The notes beneath the pieces were generated by a model. It was not told the DNA's origin. It ran no database searches and saw only the letters and a list, made by a program, of their open reading frames with translations. Shown in pieces: positions 12,612 to 22,921 of a DNA stretch of 64,000 nucleotides (the stretch's first letter is position 1; each line of letters opens with the position of its first letter). Location: positions 4,286,977-4,350,976 of the forward strand of contig NZ_KB235948.1 in NCBI RefSeq assembly GCF_000332335.1, given 5' to 3'. The DNA comes from Oscillatoria sp. PCC 10802. Lineage in GTDB: Bacteria; Cyanobacteriota; Cyanobacteriia; Cyanobacteriales; Oscillatoriaceae. A program made the translations under genes and the position numbers.

Positions 12612-14528
12612 TCTAATTTAAGCAAAAATAGGTGCTGTTTGACAATAGGGTTTTTCGGAAAAAGCCAAAAAAGCAGCCGGCAATGGGGGCAACGGGTCAA
12701 GTCTGACTCAGATTGCCCTCCTTGCAGCGGTTCGGGGCATCGCCGGACTTATGCCTTGGAATGTTGCGGCGGTTTTGTGCCCCCTCCTTGTTTTGCTGCT
12801 CGCGCAACCAGGAGTTGCGCTTGTCCGGGGTTGCCGGAAGGAATTGTGAGGAAGTTCTGGCAGTTTTCAACAGAGGCGCTCTCATGGGAAGCCCCTAAAC
12901 TGTTGAAGTTGTCTGGAAGCGGTCGCCCTTTTTAGGGGGTGGAGAGCGCCCCGGCTTTACAGGTGGCATCAAGGGCGGGTTTGCACAATCGGGTGCGGGC
13001 TGGTGCGTGGGGAGTGCAGATGGGGTCTTGCCGGACGCCGGGCTTTTTGGAATTCCGTCGGGGCGAGCCAACTGCTGCGCAGAGTGCCGGCGAGACTAGA
13101 GTGTCCAAAAAAGGCTCCCCCTTCCGCAATATAACGTCCAGTTGATTGTCCGGCAAGCGGGATTGAGGGCATCGGGCGGCGGCGGGGAAGGGCATTGAGG
13201 GGCAGCGGCTCTCGAGGGGGAGAGGAATTAATTGCGGTCAATTGACCGGACACTATATAAACGAGCAATTCTGGGGAGACGGGGGAATGGGGGAGGAGAA
13301 ATTTTCTTCGATTGCTGGCACGCTCAGACGCTTACTCGCCAGCCCTCAAGACGCTGCTGTGTCAGGACTTCTCCAATTTCGGCACTCCCGCCACAGCCGC
13401 CGCCTCCCCCGGAAGGCAGGTTTTTTTCCCCTTCAACAGCCCCCAAACAGCACCGGTTGAGGGAGCCAAAAGGCAAGCGCCACAACTGCAGCAATCCGCA
13501 CAGCTTGCAGCGCGCCGGCAGCGGATTGTCAGCCGGTGCTGACGCCCCCTGCCAGTTATGGTGCTCTCCAGACAATTCAAAGCAAGCAACTCCCTCACCT
13601 GGCAGCGCGCAACCCCACTGGCGGCAAGCGTACCGGCTAGGTGTTTAGCCGCACAGAAATGCCACTTTTGAGCCGAACTTCACCCGCCATACTGCCTCGC
13701 ACAGCCCGGCGGCACCGCTGGCAAAACTGGTTTTTTAATCGCCTGCGTGGCCACGCTGTTCTGTCGTCTCCGGTGAATTCACCTTAAAAAAGACCCTCAC
13801 CCCCATCCCCATCCCCAAAATGGTAGAGGGGAGAAAAATCCAGTCTTTTTCTCACTCCCCCTGACTGCCAGTGGGAGAGGGGCGCTGGGAGCCCCTCTGG
13901 GGATCGGCAGAGCGGGGGTGAGGGGGTGGGTTTTGCCGGTCAGCCGGCGCTATTAGATGAGTATTTTTTCTCGGCTCTCCCCCCGTCAAGCGCCAAAGGA
14001 AATTGCTCTGGTGAAGCGCCCGAATCTGGCAACCGCTGCCGCCCCACACAGGAGGCGATTTTGTCAGCCGGCAGCAGACCGGGCCTTTCAAACGGATCGA
14101 GGGCCGGCTTTGAGGATATCCTTTTTGCTAAAGTGCGGATTTAGGCTCCTCAGTCAAGCCGGCACTCTCGGGCCTGCAGCACTCATAATAGCAGTCGGTG
14201 ACGCTGGCACCGGCATAAAGAAAGTCTTTATCTTATCAGAAGTCACAGGCGCATATAATATTGATCGCCCCAACCGCTGCGTGCGCCCTTTGCCGCATTC
14301 CTCGCACAGGGGAATTCGCTCGCCACCGGGCGCAGATTTCCGGTTTCCATTCCGCCGGCGTGGCAAACGGGCAGCACTTTCTGAGATCCCCAGTTCCCGC
14401 AACTGCGGCTTTGGGCGCGCTGCCAGCCCCCAAACGGGGAAAAAGCCCGTTTGGGTGGGGACCTCTGTTGGATATTGCCGGGAAAAGCCTTCCGAAAGGC
14501 ATCTCTCTGGTTTATATTTGGACTGGAG

Positions 14529-15113
14529 TCAGCCAGCCGGCGCTTTGCCCCCTTTTCCCGAGGTGGCTGCAGTGTTTTTCTCCGGTTCGGGATCGGCAAA
14601 GGCCGGTTTGAGCAATTTCCAAGCCTCTTCTGCCTCTGGCAGCAACTTGTCGAACTCTACTTTGGCCGATGCCAAGCTGCTTAAGGTTTTAGCAAAAGCC
14701 TTATCTTGCGCCAGCTGGATTTGTTCAGCGCTTAAAGGTGTCATCGAAAAGACTGCTTCTATCAGCGCCATATATTCGCTAGCCTTTTTCTGCTGATCTT
14801 GCAAATCCGCTCTCTTTAAGGCAAATTCAGCTACGGTCCTAGCCGCCCTCTCTATAGGTGACAGGTCCTCGCTCCCCTCTGGAGGCTGATTTGACGGGGG
14901 TTTCGGTGCCTCTACGAAGATCAGATCCTTGGCTCCCAGTCCGTCAGGAAAACTATTGCTGTCGATTTCAGAAGTCTCTTCGCTCATCATGCGCATCACC
15001 TCATCTAGGGCTAGCGCCCGCGTTTTTTCGCTATCTTCTTTCCCCGGAACCGTAATGGTTAGACCGGGATGGTCTTTGACTGTGTAGGTTACCGTTAATT
15101 TACGCCGGCCCAT
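14529..15113 (-). CDS. Hypothetical acidic/coiled protein
   Basis: 194 aa with protein-like composition and no repeats. It overlaps a less plausible plus-strand ORF (13957..14796), which I reject. Confidence 0.4.
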   Translation of the reverse strand: MGRRKLTVTYTVKDHPGLTITVPGKEDSEKTRALALDEVMRMMSEETSEIDSNSFPDGLGAKDLIFVEAPKPPSNQPPEGSEDLSPIERAARTVAEFALKRADLQDQQKKASEYMALIEAVFSMTPLSAEQIQLAQDKAFAKTLSSLASAKVEFDKLLPEAEEAWKLLKPAFADPEPEKNTAATSGKGGKAPAG

Positions 15114-16192
15114 AAGTTATCCTCGGTGCAGACTCTTTGGTATTTTACATTCTAACAAATTCTCTCACAGGCGCGTGTGAGTGGAAATAGGCGCTGGGTA
15201 TCGGGTTGCTAAATGATGGGAACGCACCGGATTCCCCCTGGCGGCGTCCCCTGTCAAGCCCTTGCAGAAACTGCCGCCTATTTGATGCTTGCGCGTTCGG
15301 GATCTTTCGATTTTTACATCGCCGGCACAGGCGGGACGCCTGTTGCGGGACGCTCGCAAGGCACGCGACTGCTAGTTCGTGTAAATTTTCTCCCTTTTGG
15401 CCGGGACCCGCATTTTAGAATTGCGATCTCAGAACCGGCTCTTTAGGTGTTGAGTGAGTCAAACACTGAGAGCGCCAGCGCTCCCTCGAAGCCTCTTGGC
15501 GTGCGGTCTTTCTCACCCCCTCACCCCCTGCCTAAAGCCAGTTTTAATGCTTGCTCCTGCAACAGGTTACCGAAAATTCGGGATGACTCACGCTCCTGAC
15601 GCTCGCGTGTTTTGCCGATTCCACCGGCACAGCAATCTGGCCTTTCTATCCCCGCAACTGTGGGTGTTTCCCGCCCGACAAATCAAGTCAGTTGTGGGAA
15701 TTCCTCGGGGAGTTTAAGGGGTTGAAATTGCGCCTCCCTCACAGGCGCTTGCAGGAACACACTGATGCCGGCGCTGCCCCGAATTCGTTGGGCGCAAGCC
15801 TTATCTTCCAGAATACTTGACCGCTCAGGGGTGGCGCGATTGCCGGTGGCGATTGCCCAAAGCGCGGTGTGCCAGTGAGAGCGTTAACTAGCGCGCGCCG
15901 GTCAGCGATTAAACACTAGCTGAATTATGCGGGTTTCTCTGCCTGGAAAGACCGGTTTCTGGGATTGTCCCGAGCGGTCCTGTAGCGTGAAAGTGTCTCA
16001 GGTTGAATGCCAGACCGAAAAGCGCCGGTGGGAATCCTCACCGTTTGTCGCCCCACCGGCAATCGGGCGCTGATCTCATTTTTTCTGAACTGATCGTCAT
16101 ATCCCTCTTCTGTCACGTTGGGGCAATTTGACGAATTTGCGCTATTTCAGGGAACGACAGATCCGGCTTTCACCCTTGTTTGACAAAAGAGG

Positions 16193-16364
16193 GATATAGC
16201 ACTATGCACTTAGGTTAGAACAAGGGGTTTAACATGATGTAGGGGCGGGTTCACCCACAATCTGTGCCACACAGCTACAACACCGATAAACCCGCCCCTA
16301 ACCTCTGATAGAGCAGCCGGCAATTGGGCCATAGCGTGTCTTAACCAATATGACTGCTGCTATA
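16193..16364. repeat. MITE-like repeat family A with nested GGGGCGGGTT hairpin (family E)
   Basis: GATATAGCACTATGCACTTAGGTTAGAAC ... GTAGGGGCGGGTTCACCC...AAACCCGCCCCTAAC ... TCTTAACCAATATGACTGCTGCTATA. Confidence 0.7.
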
Positions 16365-16701
16365 TTTCTGAGCCGGTCAGCGGGCATTGGCTGGCAGCGC
16401 GCTGCCCATCCGCACCGCTCCGGCGTTACTACCAAGCAATCTACCGGAAATTTTATAAGATTTTATAAGAGAGTCTGGCGGGACGCCCCCTCCCTCACCC
16501 AGCCGGTGCATTTCCCCCCCCGCCCGATGGCACGGATTGCAGCAGGTGGCTCTAGGGTTTTATTGGAAGTAATCAAAAAGATTTTATTAAATTTCTTCCA
16601 AGAGGAGCAGTTGTGACAGTGCCGGCACAAGCGCCGGTGTTGTATTCTTCTGAAGCGGTGAGAAACCGGGGCGGGGGCAGGTGCAAAGGCTGCGCCGACA
16701 G

Positions 16702-16809
16702 CTATAGCAGCAGTCATATTGGGAACGGAGATCAGTGGCCTAGGGATAAGAGGCGTAGGACAGGCGTCCCGCCTGTCCTACTGTCCCGGTCTAAATAAAT
16801 ACTGCTATA
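16702..16809. repeat. MITE-like repeat family A, short copy with GTAGGACAGGCGTCCCGCCTGTCCTAC hairpin
   Basis: CTATAGCAGCAGTCATATTGGGAAC ... GCGTAGGACAGGCGTCCCGCCTGTCCTACTG ... AAATACTGCTATAA. Confidence 0.7.
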
Positions 16810-16842
16810 AGACCGGAATTTCCTTGCTCGTATTCTAAGGTA

Positions 16843-16930
16843 CTCGGTTTCTGGGAGAAGAAAAAACCGGGTTTCTTTGGGCGAGAGTGCCCGATTTACA
16901 GGCTCCCGTCCCAAGAAACCCGGTTTTTGG
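16843..16930 (-). terminator. Two GAAACCCGGTTTC-type hairpins downstream of recG
   Basis: CTCGGTTTCTGGGAGAAGAAAAAACCGGGTTTCTTTGG and CAAGAAACCCGGTTTTTGG lie 3' of the minus-strand recG stop at 17102. Confidence 0.4.
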
Positions 16931-17101
16931 CACAGATAAGAAATGATAAAAAATAAATAAAATTTGGTTGATTGCTCATTATGTAGCCGGTCGGGGCGTG
17001 CTGCCGGACGGACATCAGGAGCGCTCAACCGAACTGGCTATGGCGCAGGCACAGCCTGCGCCAAGCGGCAAAACCCCCACGAAAAACGCGGTCAGCCGCC
17101 G

Positions 17102-19636
17102 TCAAGTCCAAAGCGCCCCACCCATTAACTTTTGGTAGTGCCGCTCCAGTTCTGCCTTCATCTGCGGCCAGCTGTTCAGGGTTGCGTCCCCCTCCATCAC
17201 CTTCTCAGCGGCATCCCTAGCCAGGATCAAAACCTCCTGATCGTCCACTAAACTGGCCAGCATAAAATCAGGCAAGCCCGACTGGCGAGTGCCGAGCACC
17301 TCACCGGGCCCGCGCAGGCGCATGTCCATCTCGGCAATAAAAAAGCCATCTTGGGACTGCGCCATCACATTGAGCCGGTGGCGGGCGTCAGCTGACGCCC
17401 TGGGACTGGCCAGCAGCAAGCAGTAGGACTTGTCAGCGCCGCGACCGACGCGCCCCCGCAGCTGGTGCAGCTGGGACAGCCCGAATCTCTCCGCATTTTC
17501 AATGAGCATGACTGTAGCGTTGGGCACATCCACACCCACTTCCACCACGGTAGTTGCCACGAGAATTTGAGTCTTGCCAGCGCGGAATTTGCCAATAGCC
17601 GCCTCTTTATCAGCGGAAGACAGGCGTCCGTGGAGCAGCCCCACCTGGAATTCCGGGAAAACCACCTCCTGCAGGCGCTGGTACTCCTCAATGGCAGATT
17701 TCAAATCCAGCTTTTCCGATTCTTCCACCAGGGGAAGCACCACATAAACTTGGCGACCGCTCACCACTTCCCGGCGGATAAGATCGTAGGCGTGGGTGCG
17801 CTCTTGACCGGAAAGCACCGCTGTTTGAATCGGTTTCCTTCCAGGGGGCAACTCGTCAATTTGACTGACATCCAAATCGCCGTGCAGCGTCAGCGCCAGG
17901 GTTCGCGGGATGGGAGTGGCGGTCATGGTCAGGACGTGAGGCACCCCGTCAACGCCTTTTTGCTGCAATTTCGCCCGCTGCTCGACGCCAAACCGGTGCT
18001 GCTCGTCGATGACGATTAATCCCAGTTTGTGGAAGCTAACGGTTTCTTGAATCAGGGCGTGAGTGCCGACGAGCACGGGCAGCTCTCCCGTTTGCAGTCC
18101 GGCGTGGATTTGCCGGCGCTTCGAGGCTTTGGTCGAGCCGGTGAGCAGCTCCACCGGCAGGTGTAGCAAATTTAACCAAGACACCAACTTTTTGTAGTGC
18201 TGCTCGGCGAGCACCTCAGTGGGAGCCATCAGCGCCGCCTGGTAGCCAGATTGAATCGCCGCCAGCATCGCCACCACCGCCACCACCGTCTTGCCGGCAC
18301 CCACATCCCCCTGCACGAGCCGGTTCATCGGTTCCGGCTTTTGCAAGTCACTGAGGATTTCGTTAACCACCCGCTGCTGGGCATTCGTGAGCTTAAACGG
18401 CAGCAGCTTGTAGAACCTGTCAATCAGCTTGCCTTTAGAGCGAAGCTTGGTGCTATTCTGGGCAGAGCGCTGGCTGTAGCGGCGGCTGAGCAGTCCGAGC
18501 TGGAGGTAGAAAAACTCGTTAAAGACCAGCCGGCGTCTCGCCTCTTGCAGCAGCTCGCGATCGGGTGGGAAGTGGATATTGGCGATCGCCTCGTGCAAGT
18601 TCATCAGCCCGTAGCGATCGCGCACTTCCGCCGGCAGGGAGTCTTTGATCTGGCTGGCGGAGGGCAGCGCTGCGGAAACCGCCTTTCTCACCACCTCCGC
18701 CCCCACCCCTTCCGTCAGGGAGTAAACCGGCAGCAACCGCCCCACGGCCATCGATTCCATAGCGCCGTCGGCGTCATCAAGGACTTCCAATTGTGGGTCG
18801 TCCAGGGTTGTGCCGTATTTATTTTGTTTCACCAAGCCAGACGCAGCCACCGTAGCGCCGATCGGGTACAGGCGTTTTTGCTGCTCTTGCCAAGCCCGGG
18901 AGCTAAAGCGACCGGCAAAAAAGCGGCTTATTTTAAGCTGACCCGTGCGGTCTGTCAAGACCACCTCTAGAATGCTTAATTTCTTATTGCGCGGGCTAGT
19001 AAAGCAGTTGCATCGCTTCACCGTACCCACAACCGTCACTGTCTCTCCGGGCTCCAACTCCTGAATACTAACCTGGCGGGCGTAGTCAACATGGTCGCGG
19101 GGGTAGTAGAAAAGCAGGTCGCGCACACTCAACAGCCCCAATTTGGCCAGTCGCTCCGCATTTCTTGGCCCCACACCGTCCAGGCGAATCAGGGGTTGGT
19201 CGAGAGTGACCGTCGGAGTGCAGCCTACCGGACTCAGGGGGGCAGTTCGGGGCTGTTTCCCATTGGAGGTTGGGGATGGGGGGTTGCTGCCGCTCTCCTC
19301 CGCTTTCGCGATCGGCGGCTCCTTCTTTGCCTCAGAGCGCTCGCAAACCCGCTGCATCTGGAGGATGAACATGCGAGCGTTTGCGATCAGGCTCTGTCGC
19401 TCATCGAGATTCAGCTCGGGATAATTGCCAAATTGCGCCCCCATTTGCTGCCACCTGCGCCGGTAATACGGCGACAGCCCGGAGGGCGGTCGGCTAAAGC
19501 TCTCCCCAAGAAACTCACTAAAGCGCTTTTCTTTGCCTACTAAATCATTAAAGCCGCGTTCGGCTTCAATAGACAGCGCTTTTTGCAATCGGACCCAATC
19601 TGGTAATTCTGTTTCCACAGCCTTTCTCCTACACAA
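17102..19636 (-). CDS. recG: ATP-dependent DNA helicase RecG
   Basis: 844 aa with the helicase motifs I-VI (DVGAGKT, DEQHRFG, TATPIPRT, the QLRGRVGRG arginine finger region). Preceded by a long cyanobacterial-type N-terminal extension and wedge domain. Confidence 0.9.
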   Translation of the reverse strand: MCRRKAVETELPDWVRLQKALSIEAERGFNDLVGKEKRFSEFLGESFSRPPSGLSPYYRRRWQQMGAQFGNYPELNLDERQSLIANARMFILQMQRVCERSEAKKEPPIAKAEESGSNPPSPTSNGKQPRTAPLSPVGCTPTVTLDQPLIRLDGVGPRNAERLAKLGLLSVRDLLFYYPRDHVDYARQVSIQELEPGETVTVVGTVKRCNCFTSPRNKKLSILEVVLTDRTGQLKISRFFAGRFSSRAWQEQQKRLYPIGATVAASGLVKQNKYGTTLDDPQLEVLDDADGAMESMAVGRLLPVYSLTEGVGAEVVRKAVSAALPSASQIKDSLPAEVRDRYGLMNLHEAIANIHFPPDRELLQEARRRLVFNEFFYLQLGLLSRRYSQRSAQNSTKLRSKGKLIDRFYKLLPFKLTNAQQRVVNEILSDLQKPEPMNRLVQGDVGAGKTVVAVVAMLAAIQSGYQAALMAPTEVLAEQHYKKLVSWLNLLHLPVELLTGSTKASKRRQIHAGLQTGELPVLVGTHALIQETVSFHKLGLIVIDEQHRFGVEQRAKLQQKGVDGVPHVLTMTATPIPRTLALTLHGDLDVSQIDELPPGRKPIQTAVLSGQERTHAYDLIRREVVSGRQVYVVLPLVEESEKLDLKSAIEEYQRLQEVVFPEFQVGLLHGRLSSADKEAAIGKFRAGKTQILVATTVVEVGVDVPNATVMLIENAERFGLSQLHQLRGRVGRGADKSYCLLLASPRASADARHRLNVMAQSQDGFFIAEMDMRLRGPGEVLGTRQSGLPDFMLASLVDDQEVLILARDAAEKVMEGDATLNSWPQMKAELERHYQKLMGGALWT

Positions 19637-19652
19637 CTTTAAAATGCTCCAT

Positions 19653-19697
19653 TAAAAATTAAAAATGCAACGCTTATAACATTTTTAATTTTTAATC
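19653..19697. terminator. AT-rich perfect palindrome AAAAATTAAAAATG..CATTTTTAATTTTT
   Basis: Hairpin between the recG start and the 3' end of the 19710..20534 gene. A sister copy at 20557..20613 flanks the other side of that gene. Confidence 0.5.
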
Positions 19698-19709
19698 TTT
19701 ACTTGTTAA

Positions 19710-20534
19710 CTATCCGTCCGCCCAGCTAGATCGCCACGCAGACTCAGCTTCAGCGACTGCCCGCTCCCGCTGCTTTTTCTGATACTCCCGCACAAGCTTG
19801 CTAACCCGGACTGAAAGCTTGCGAATCTGCGAGCGCCACGCTCCTAGCTGCGAGTCGGAAAATTCAATCTCAGACAAGCGCAGATGTATGGCGAGCAGTT
19901 GAGTTACACTCGAGGCAGAGGAATCCTCAGGCCCCTCGGTTTCGATCAGTAAGTTTAATAAGTTGGGCGGTCCGGGCACAGTCTCTGCGGCAGCTTCTGC
20001 TTTTGCCGCCGCTTCTAGCACTTGTTCTGGCAATTTTTTCGGTAAAATGCCAGGTTGTTGCAATAAGCGATTCGCTCGGCGAGACGCTCCTTGCAGGATT
20101 TTTGCCAGCGACAAATCCAGGTGTTCCTGCCACTGCGCCAGTTGCTCTGGGCTGTTCAGCCGGCTGCCACAGGCGTCTTCCCGCAGGGAAAGCCCCAGTG
20201 GGGGCTCTGACTCCGGACTCTCGGGCGGCAGCTCTGGGGCTTTCTGCTCCGCATCTTTGCCGCCCGGTGAGTGCAGCATTTCCTGCAGCTGTTGCTGAGC
20301 GGAAGTTGCCAGCAACCGCAAGTCTTGCTGCAGCTGTTGCCGCTGGCTGTAAGACAGCTTGAGAAACTGCTCCGGATACCCCTGAGTGCAAATATGATAG
20401 CTAGCCAAGATTAGCTGCTGCCGCATCGCTTGCCCCAAGGCGGTCAAATAACTGGAGTAGGTGCTGTGCAATTCTTCTGCTAGCGCTAATGTCTCCCGCT
20501 CCAGCTCGGCGATTTCCTGCTCAATTTTATTCAC
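19710..20534 (-). CDS. Hypothetical Gln/Leu-rich coiled-coil protein
   Basis: 274 aa. Predicted coiled-coil N- and C-terminal parts with a Pro/Glu/Ser-rich middle. Bracketed by the two AT palindromes. Confidence 0.5.
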   Translation of the reverse strand: MNKIEQEIAELERETLALAEELHSTYSSYLTALGQAMRQQLILASYHICTQGYPEQFLKLSYSQRQQLQQDLRLLATSAQQQLQEMLHSPGGKDAEQKAPELPPESPESEPPLGLSLREDACGSRLNSPEQLAQWQEHLDLSLAKILQGASRRANRLLQQPGILPKKLPEQVLEAAAKAEAAAETVPGPPNLLNLLIETEGPEDSSASSVTQLLAIHLRLSEIEFSDSQLGAWRSQIRKLSVRVSKLVREYQKKQRERAVAEAESAWRSSWADG

Positions 20535-20556
20535 GGCGATGCCCCACTTTCTCCCG

Positions 20557-20613
20557 TTAAAAATTAAAAATTAAAAATGAACAGTATGCCCTGCCATTTT
20601 TAATTTTTAATTT
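20557..20613. terminator. AT-rich palindrome TTAAAAATTAAAAATTAAAAATG...CATTTTTAATTTTTAATTTT, tsf terminator
   Basis: Immediately 3' of the tsf stop at 20634 on the minus strand. Same motif family as 19653..19697. Confidence 0.5.
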
Positions 20614-20633
20614 TGCCTTTCTACTCTTTCTAC

Positions 20634-21293
20634 TTATTTGCTTCCCATCTGTGCGGCCACTTCTTCGGCAAAGTTGCTCTCTTGTTTTTCAATCCCTTCG
20701 CCCAGCACAAACCGCACGAAACGGCGCACCTGGATGTTTTCACCCAGCTGGGCGATGGCTTGCTTCACCAACTCCTCAACCGTGATATTTTGATCGCGAA
20801 TGAAGGGCTGGTCCATCAGAGACAGCTCTTTCAACCGCTTCTCAATCCGCCCTTGCACGATCTTTTCCCGGATGTTCACCGGCTTGCTAGCCAGGTCATC
20901 CCGCCCCATTTCAATCTCCTTTTCCTTTTCGATCATTTCAGCTGGGATGTCTGCAACCTTCACGTACTCCACATTCGGGCAAGCTGCAACTTGCATGGCG
21001 ATATTCCGCACCAGAGCTTGGAACTCTTTATTGCGGGCAACAAAATCGGTCTGGCAGTTCACTTCCACCAGCACGCCAATTCGCCCGCCGGTGTGAATGT
21101 AGCTATCCACCAACCCTTCTGCTGTCACGCGCCCCGCTTTTTTCTCCGCCGAGGTGATCCCCTTTTGCCGCAGCCATTCCATAGCTTTGGTCATGTCACC
21201 GTCGTTTTCCGCGAGTGCCTTTTTGCAGTCCATCATCCCCGCGCCGGTTTGGTCGCGCAGTTCTTTGACAGCTTTTGCAGATATTTCCGCCAT
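20634..21293 (-). CDS. tsf: Translation elongation factor Ts
   Basis: 219 aa. [45 protein letters not shown] (UBA-like N-terminus) followed by the EF-Ts dimerisation core. Confidence 0.92.
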   Translation of the reverse strand: MAEISAKAVKELRDQTGAGMMDCKKALAENDGDMTKAMEWLRQKGITSAEKKAGRVTAEGLVDSYIHTGGRIGVLVEVNCQTDFVARNKEFQALVRNIAMQVAACPNVEYVKVADIPAEMIEKEKEIEMGRDDLASKPVNIREKIVQGRIEKRLKELSLMDQPFIRDQNITVEELVKQAIAQLGENIQVRRFVRFVLGEGIEKQESNFAEEVAAQMGSK

Positions 21294-21428
21294 CTGGTCT
21301 TATTCCTTCCTTCAATCAGTTTACAGGTGCCTCAATCCTCGGAAAGGATGAAGTGTGAAGTCTTCTGTGCGAACGGTATAATTAGTTCCCCCACCATGCC
21401 TTCATCCTCCATCCTTTCTAGCTACTTT

Positions 21429-22229
21429 CTAATCCTCAGATTCCTCATCGTCGCCATACGAGTCGCTGTCATCCATCTCCTCGTAGTCGAACTCCTCTTC
21501 TGCGGCTTCGTAATCTTCGTAGTCTTCTTCAGCTACTGCATCGAGCTGACCGTGACGCCCTTCATAAATGGCATCAGCCAGTTTCCCCAATATTAGCTTA
21601 ATCGAGCGGATGGCATCGTCATTCGCCGGAATCGGGATATCCACCAAATTGGGGTCGCAATTAGTGTCCAGCAGCGACACGATTGGAATATCTAGCTTCT
21701 GGCACTCTTGCACCGCGTTGTACTCCCGCCGCTGGTCTACGATGACCACTATATCGGGCACTTTCCGCATGCTTTTAATGCCGCCTAAATATTTTTGCAG
21801 TTTGCTCATCTCGCGGCGCAGCATTGAGCCTTCTTTTTTGGGCCGCAGCTCCAGAGCGCCGGTTTCCTCCATACGCTCCAGTTCTTTCAACCGATCCACC
21901 CGGCTTTTGATCGTGGCCCAGTTTGTCAGCATTCCGCCCAACCAGCGCTGGTTGACGTAGTACGCACCGCACCGCAACGCTTCTTGCGCGACAATGCCAG
22001 CGGCTTGGCGCTTGGTGCCGACAAACAGAAACTTCTTGCCCCCCTCCGAGGCCGTCCGCATGTACTCATACGCCTCCTCCATCAGCTGGGCGGTCTGCAC
22101 CAAGTCGATGATGTGAACGCCGTTGCGTTCTGTGAAGATGTACCGGGACATCTTGGGATTCCACCGGCGGGTCTGGTGACCGAAGTGTACCCCTGACTCC
22201 AACAGCTGAGCCAATGAAACAACTGGCAT
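21429..22229 (-). CDS. rpsB: 30S ribosomal protein S2 with acidic C-terminal tail
   Basis: 266 aa. [25 protein letters not shown] and [13 protein letters not shown] motifs. The rpsB-tsf pair is in conserved order. Confidence 0.92.
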   Translation of the reverse strand: MPVVSLAQLLESGVHFGHQTRRWNPKMSRYIFTERNGVHIIDLVQTAQLMEEAYEYMRTASEGGKKFLFVGTKRQAAGIVAQEALRCGAYYVNQRWLGGMLTNWATIKSRVDRLKELERMEETGALELRPKKEGSMLRREMSKLQKYLGGIKSMRKVPDIVVIVDQRREYNAVQECQKLDIPIVSLLDTNCDPNLVDIPIPANDDAIRSIKLILGKLADAIYEGRHGQLDAVAEEDYEDYEAAEEEFDYEEMDDSDSYGDDEESED

Positions 22230-22386
22230 ATCTTTCCTTCTCCTGATTCGGGTTCCCCTTCCATCCAGGCGTATTTCCCTGCGGAAACACCCGAACCCCT
22301 GGATGTGTGAGTTTAGACAACTTTACTAGAGTAGCACAAGTGCGCCCCCTGCAAGCAGAAAATTTTCCCTCGCCGGGGCAAGCCCT

Positions 22387-22920
22387 TCAGCAACCCAGGC
22401 GGCGCTCGCTCTCCGCAATCCCACCGGCTCTCAGCCATTCTATCGGTTCCTCCTCTGGTCTATCTGGGTTGACCCACACAATATCTCGGATTTCCGGCAC
22501 CAGTCCAGCAGCTTGGCCAAAAAGTCTCCTCACTCTCTCATCCAGAGAGATTACCGTCTTATCTGTTGCCAGTGCCGCCTCAATCAGGTGGAAATCCTTA
22601 AACATCGCTTCCCTCTCGCTGTCGAGCCCGGCAGTGCCTTCAATTTGCTTCCATAACTCTTCATTGGTTTGAATATCAGCTCGATATTCCAGCTTTTTCT
22701 TTGCGACCATCTGGCGTCGCCATGTACGAGCAAAGTTTGATTCGTGCTTAGTCCACTCATCTCTGATATCTGGTGTCATAACCACTCTGTGACATATATC
22801 CAGGACAGCTAGGAGAAAATCGCGGCAGTGTTTCGCTGTTGGGTGGGTTGCTTCCTCCCCCCCGGCAGCATTCGCAACAGAAGCATCAATCACTAGAAGT
22901 TGGGAAACTTTTTTGGCCAT
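22387..22920 (-). CDS. Hypothetical protein, PIN-like (predicted), partner of upstream ATPase
   Basis: 177 aa. LLVIDASVANAAGGEE (acidic residue after the beta1 strand) and FKDFHLIEAALATDKTVISLDERV (the D..T.D motif of PIN folds). Its start lies 2 nt after the stop of the ATPase gene, so translational coupling is likely. Confidence 0.45.
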   Translation of the reverse strand: MAKKVSQLLVIDASVANAAGGEEATHPTAKHCRDFLLAVLDICHRVVMTPDIRDEWTKHESNFARTWRRQMVAKKKLEYRADIQTNEELWKQIEGTAGLDSEREAMFKDFHLIEAALATDKTVISLDERVRRLFGQAAGLVPEIRDIVWVNPDRPEEEPIEWLRAGGIAESERRLGC

Positions 22921-22921
22921 A

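Noticed and set aside
13957-14796. 279-aa plus-strand ORF
   Set aside because: Arg/Ser/Pro/Cys-rich with no domain signal. It overlaps the more protein-like minus-strand ORF 14529..15113 and lies in a GC-rich region that generates long spurious ORFs.
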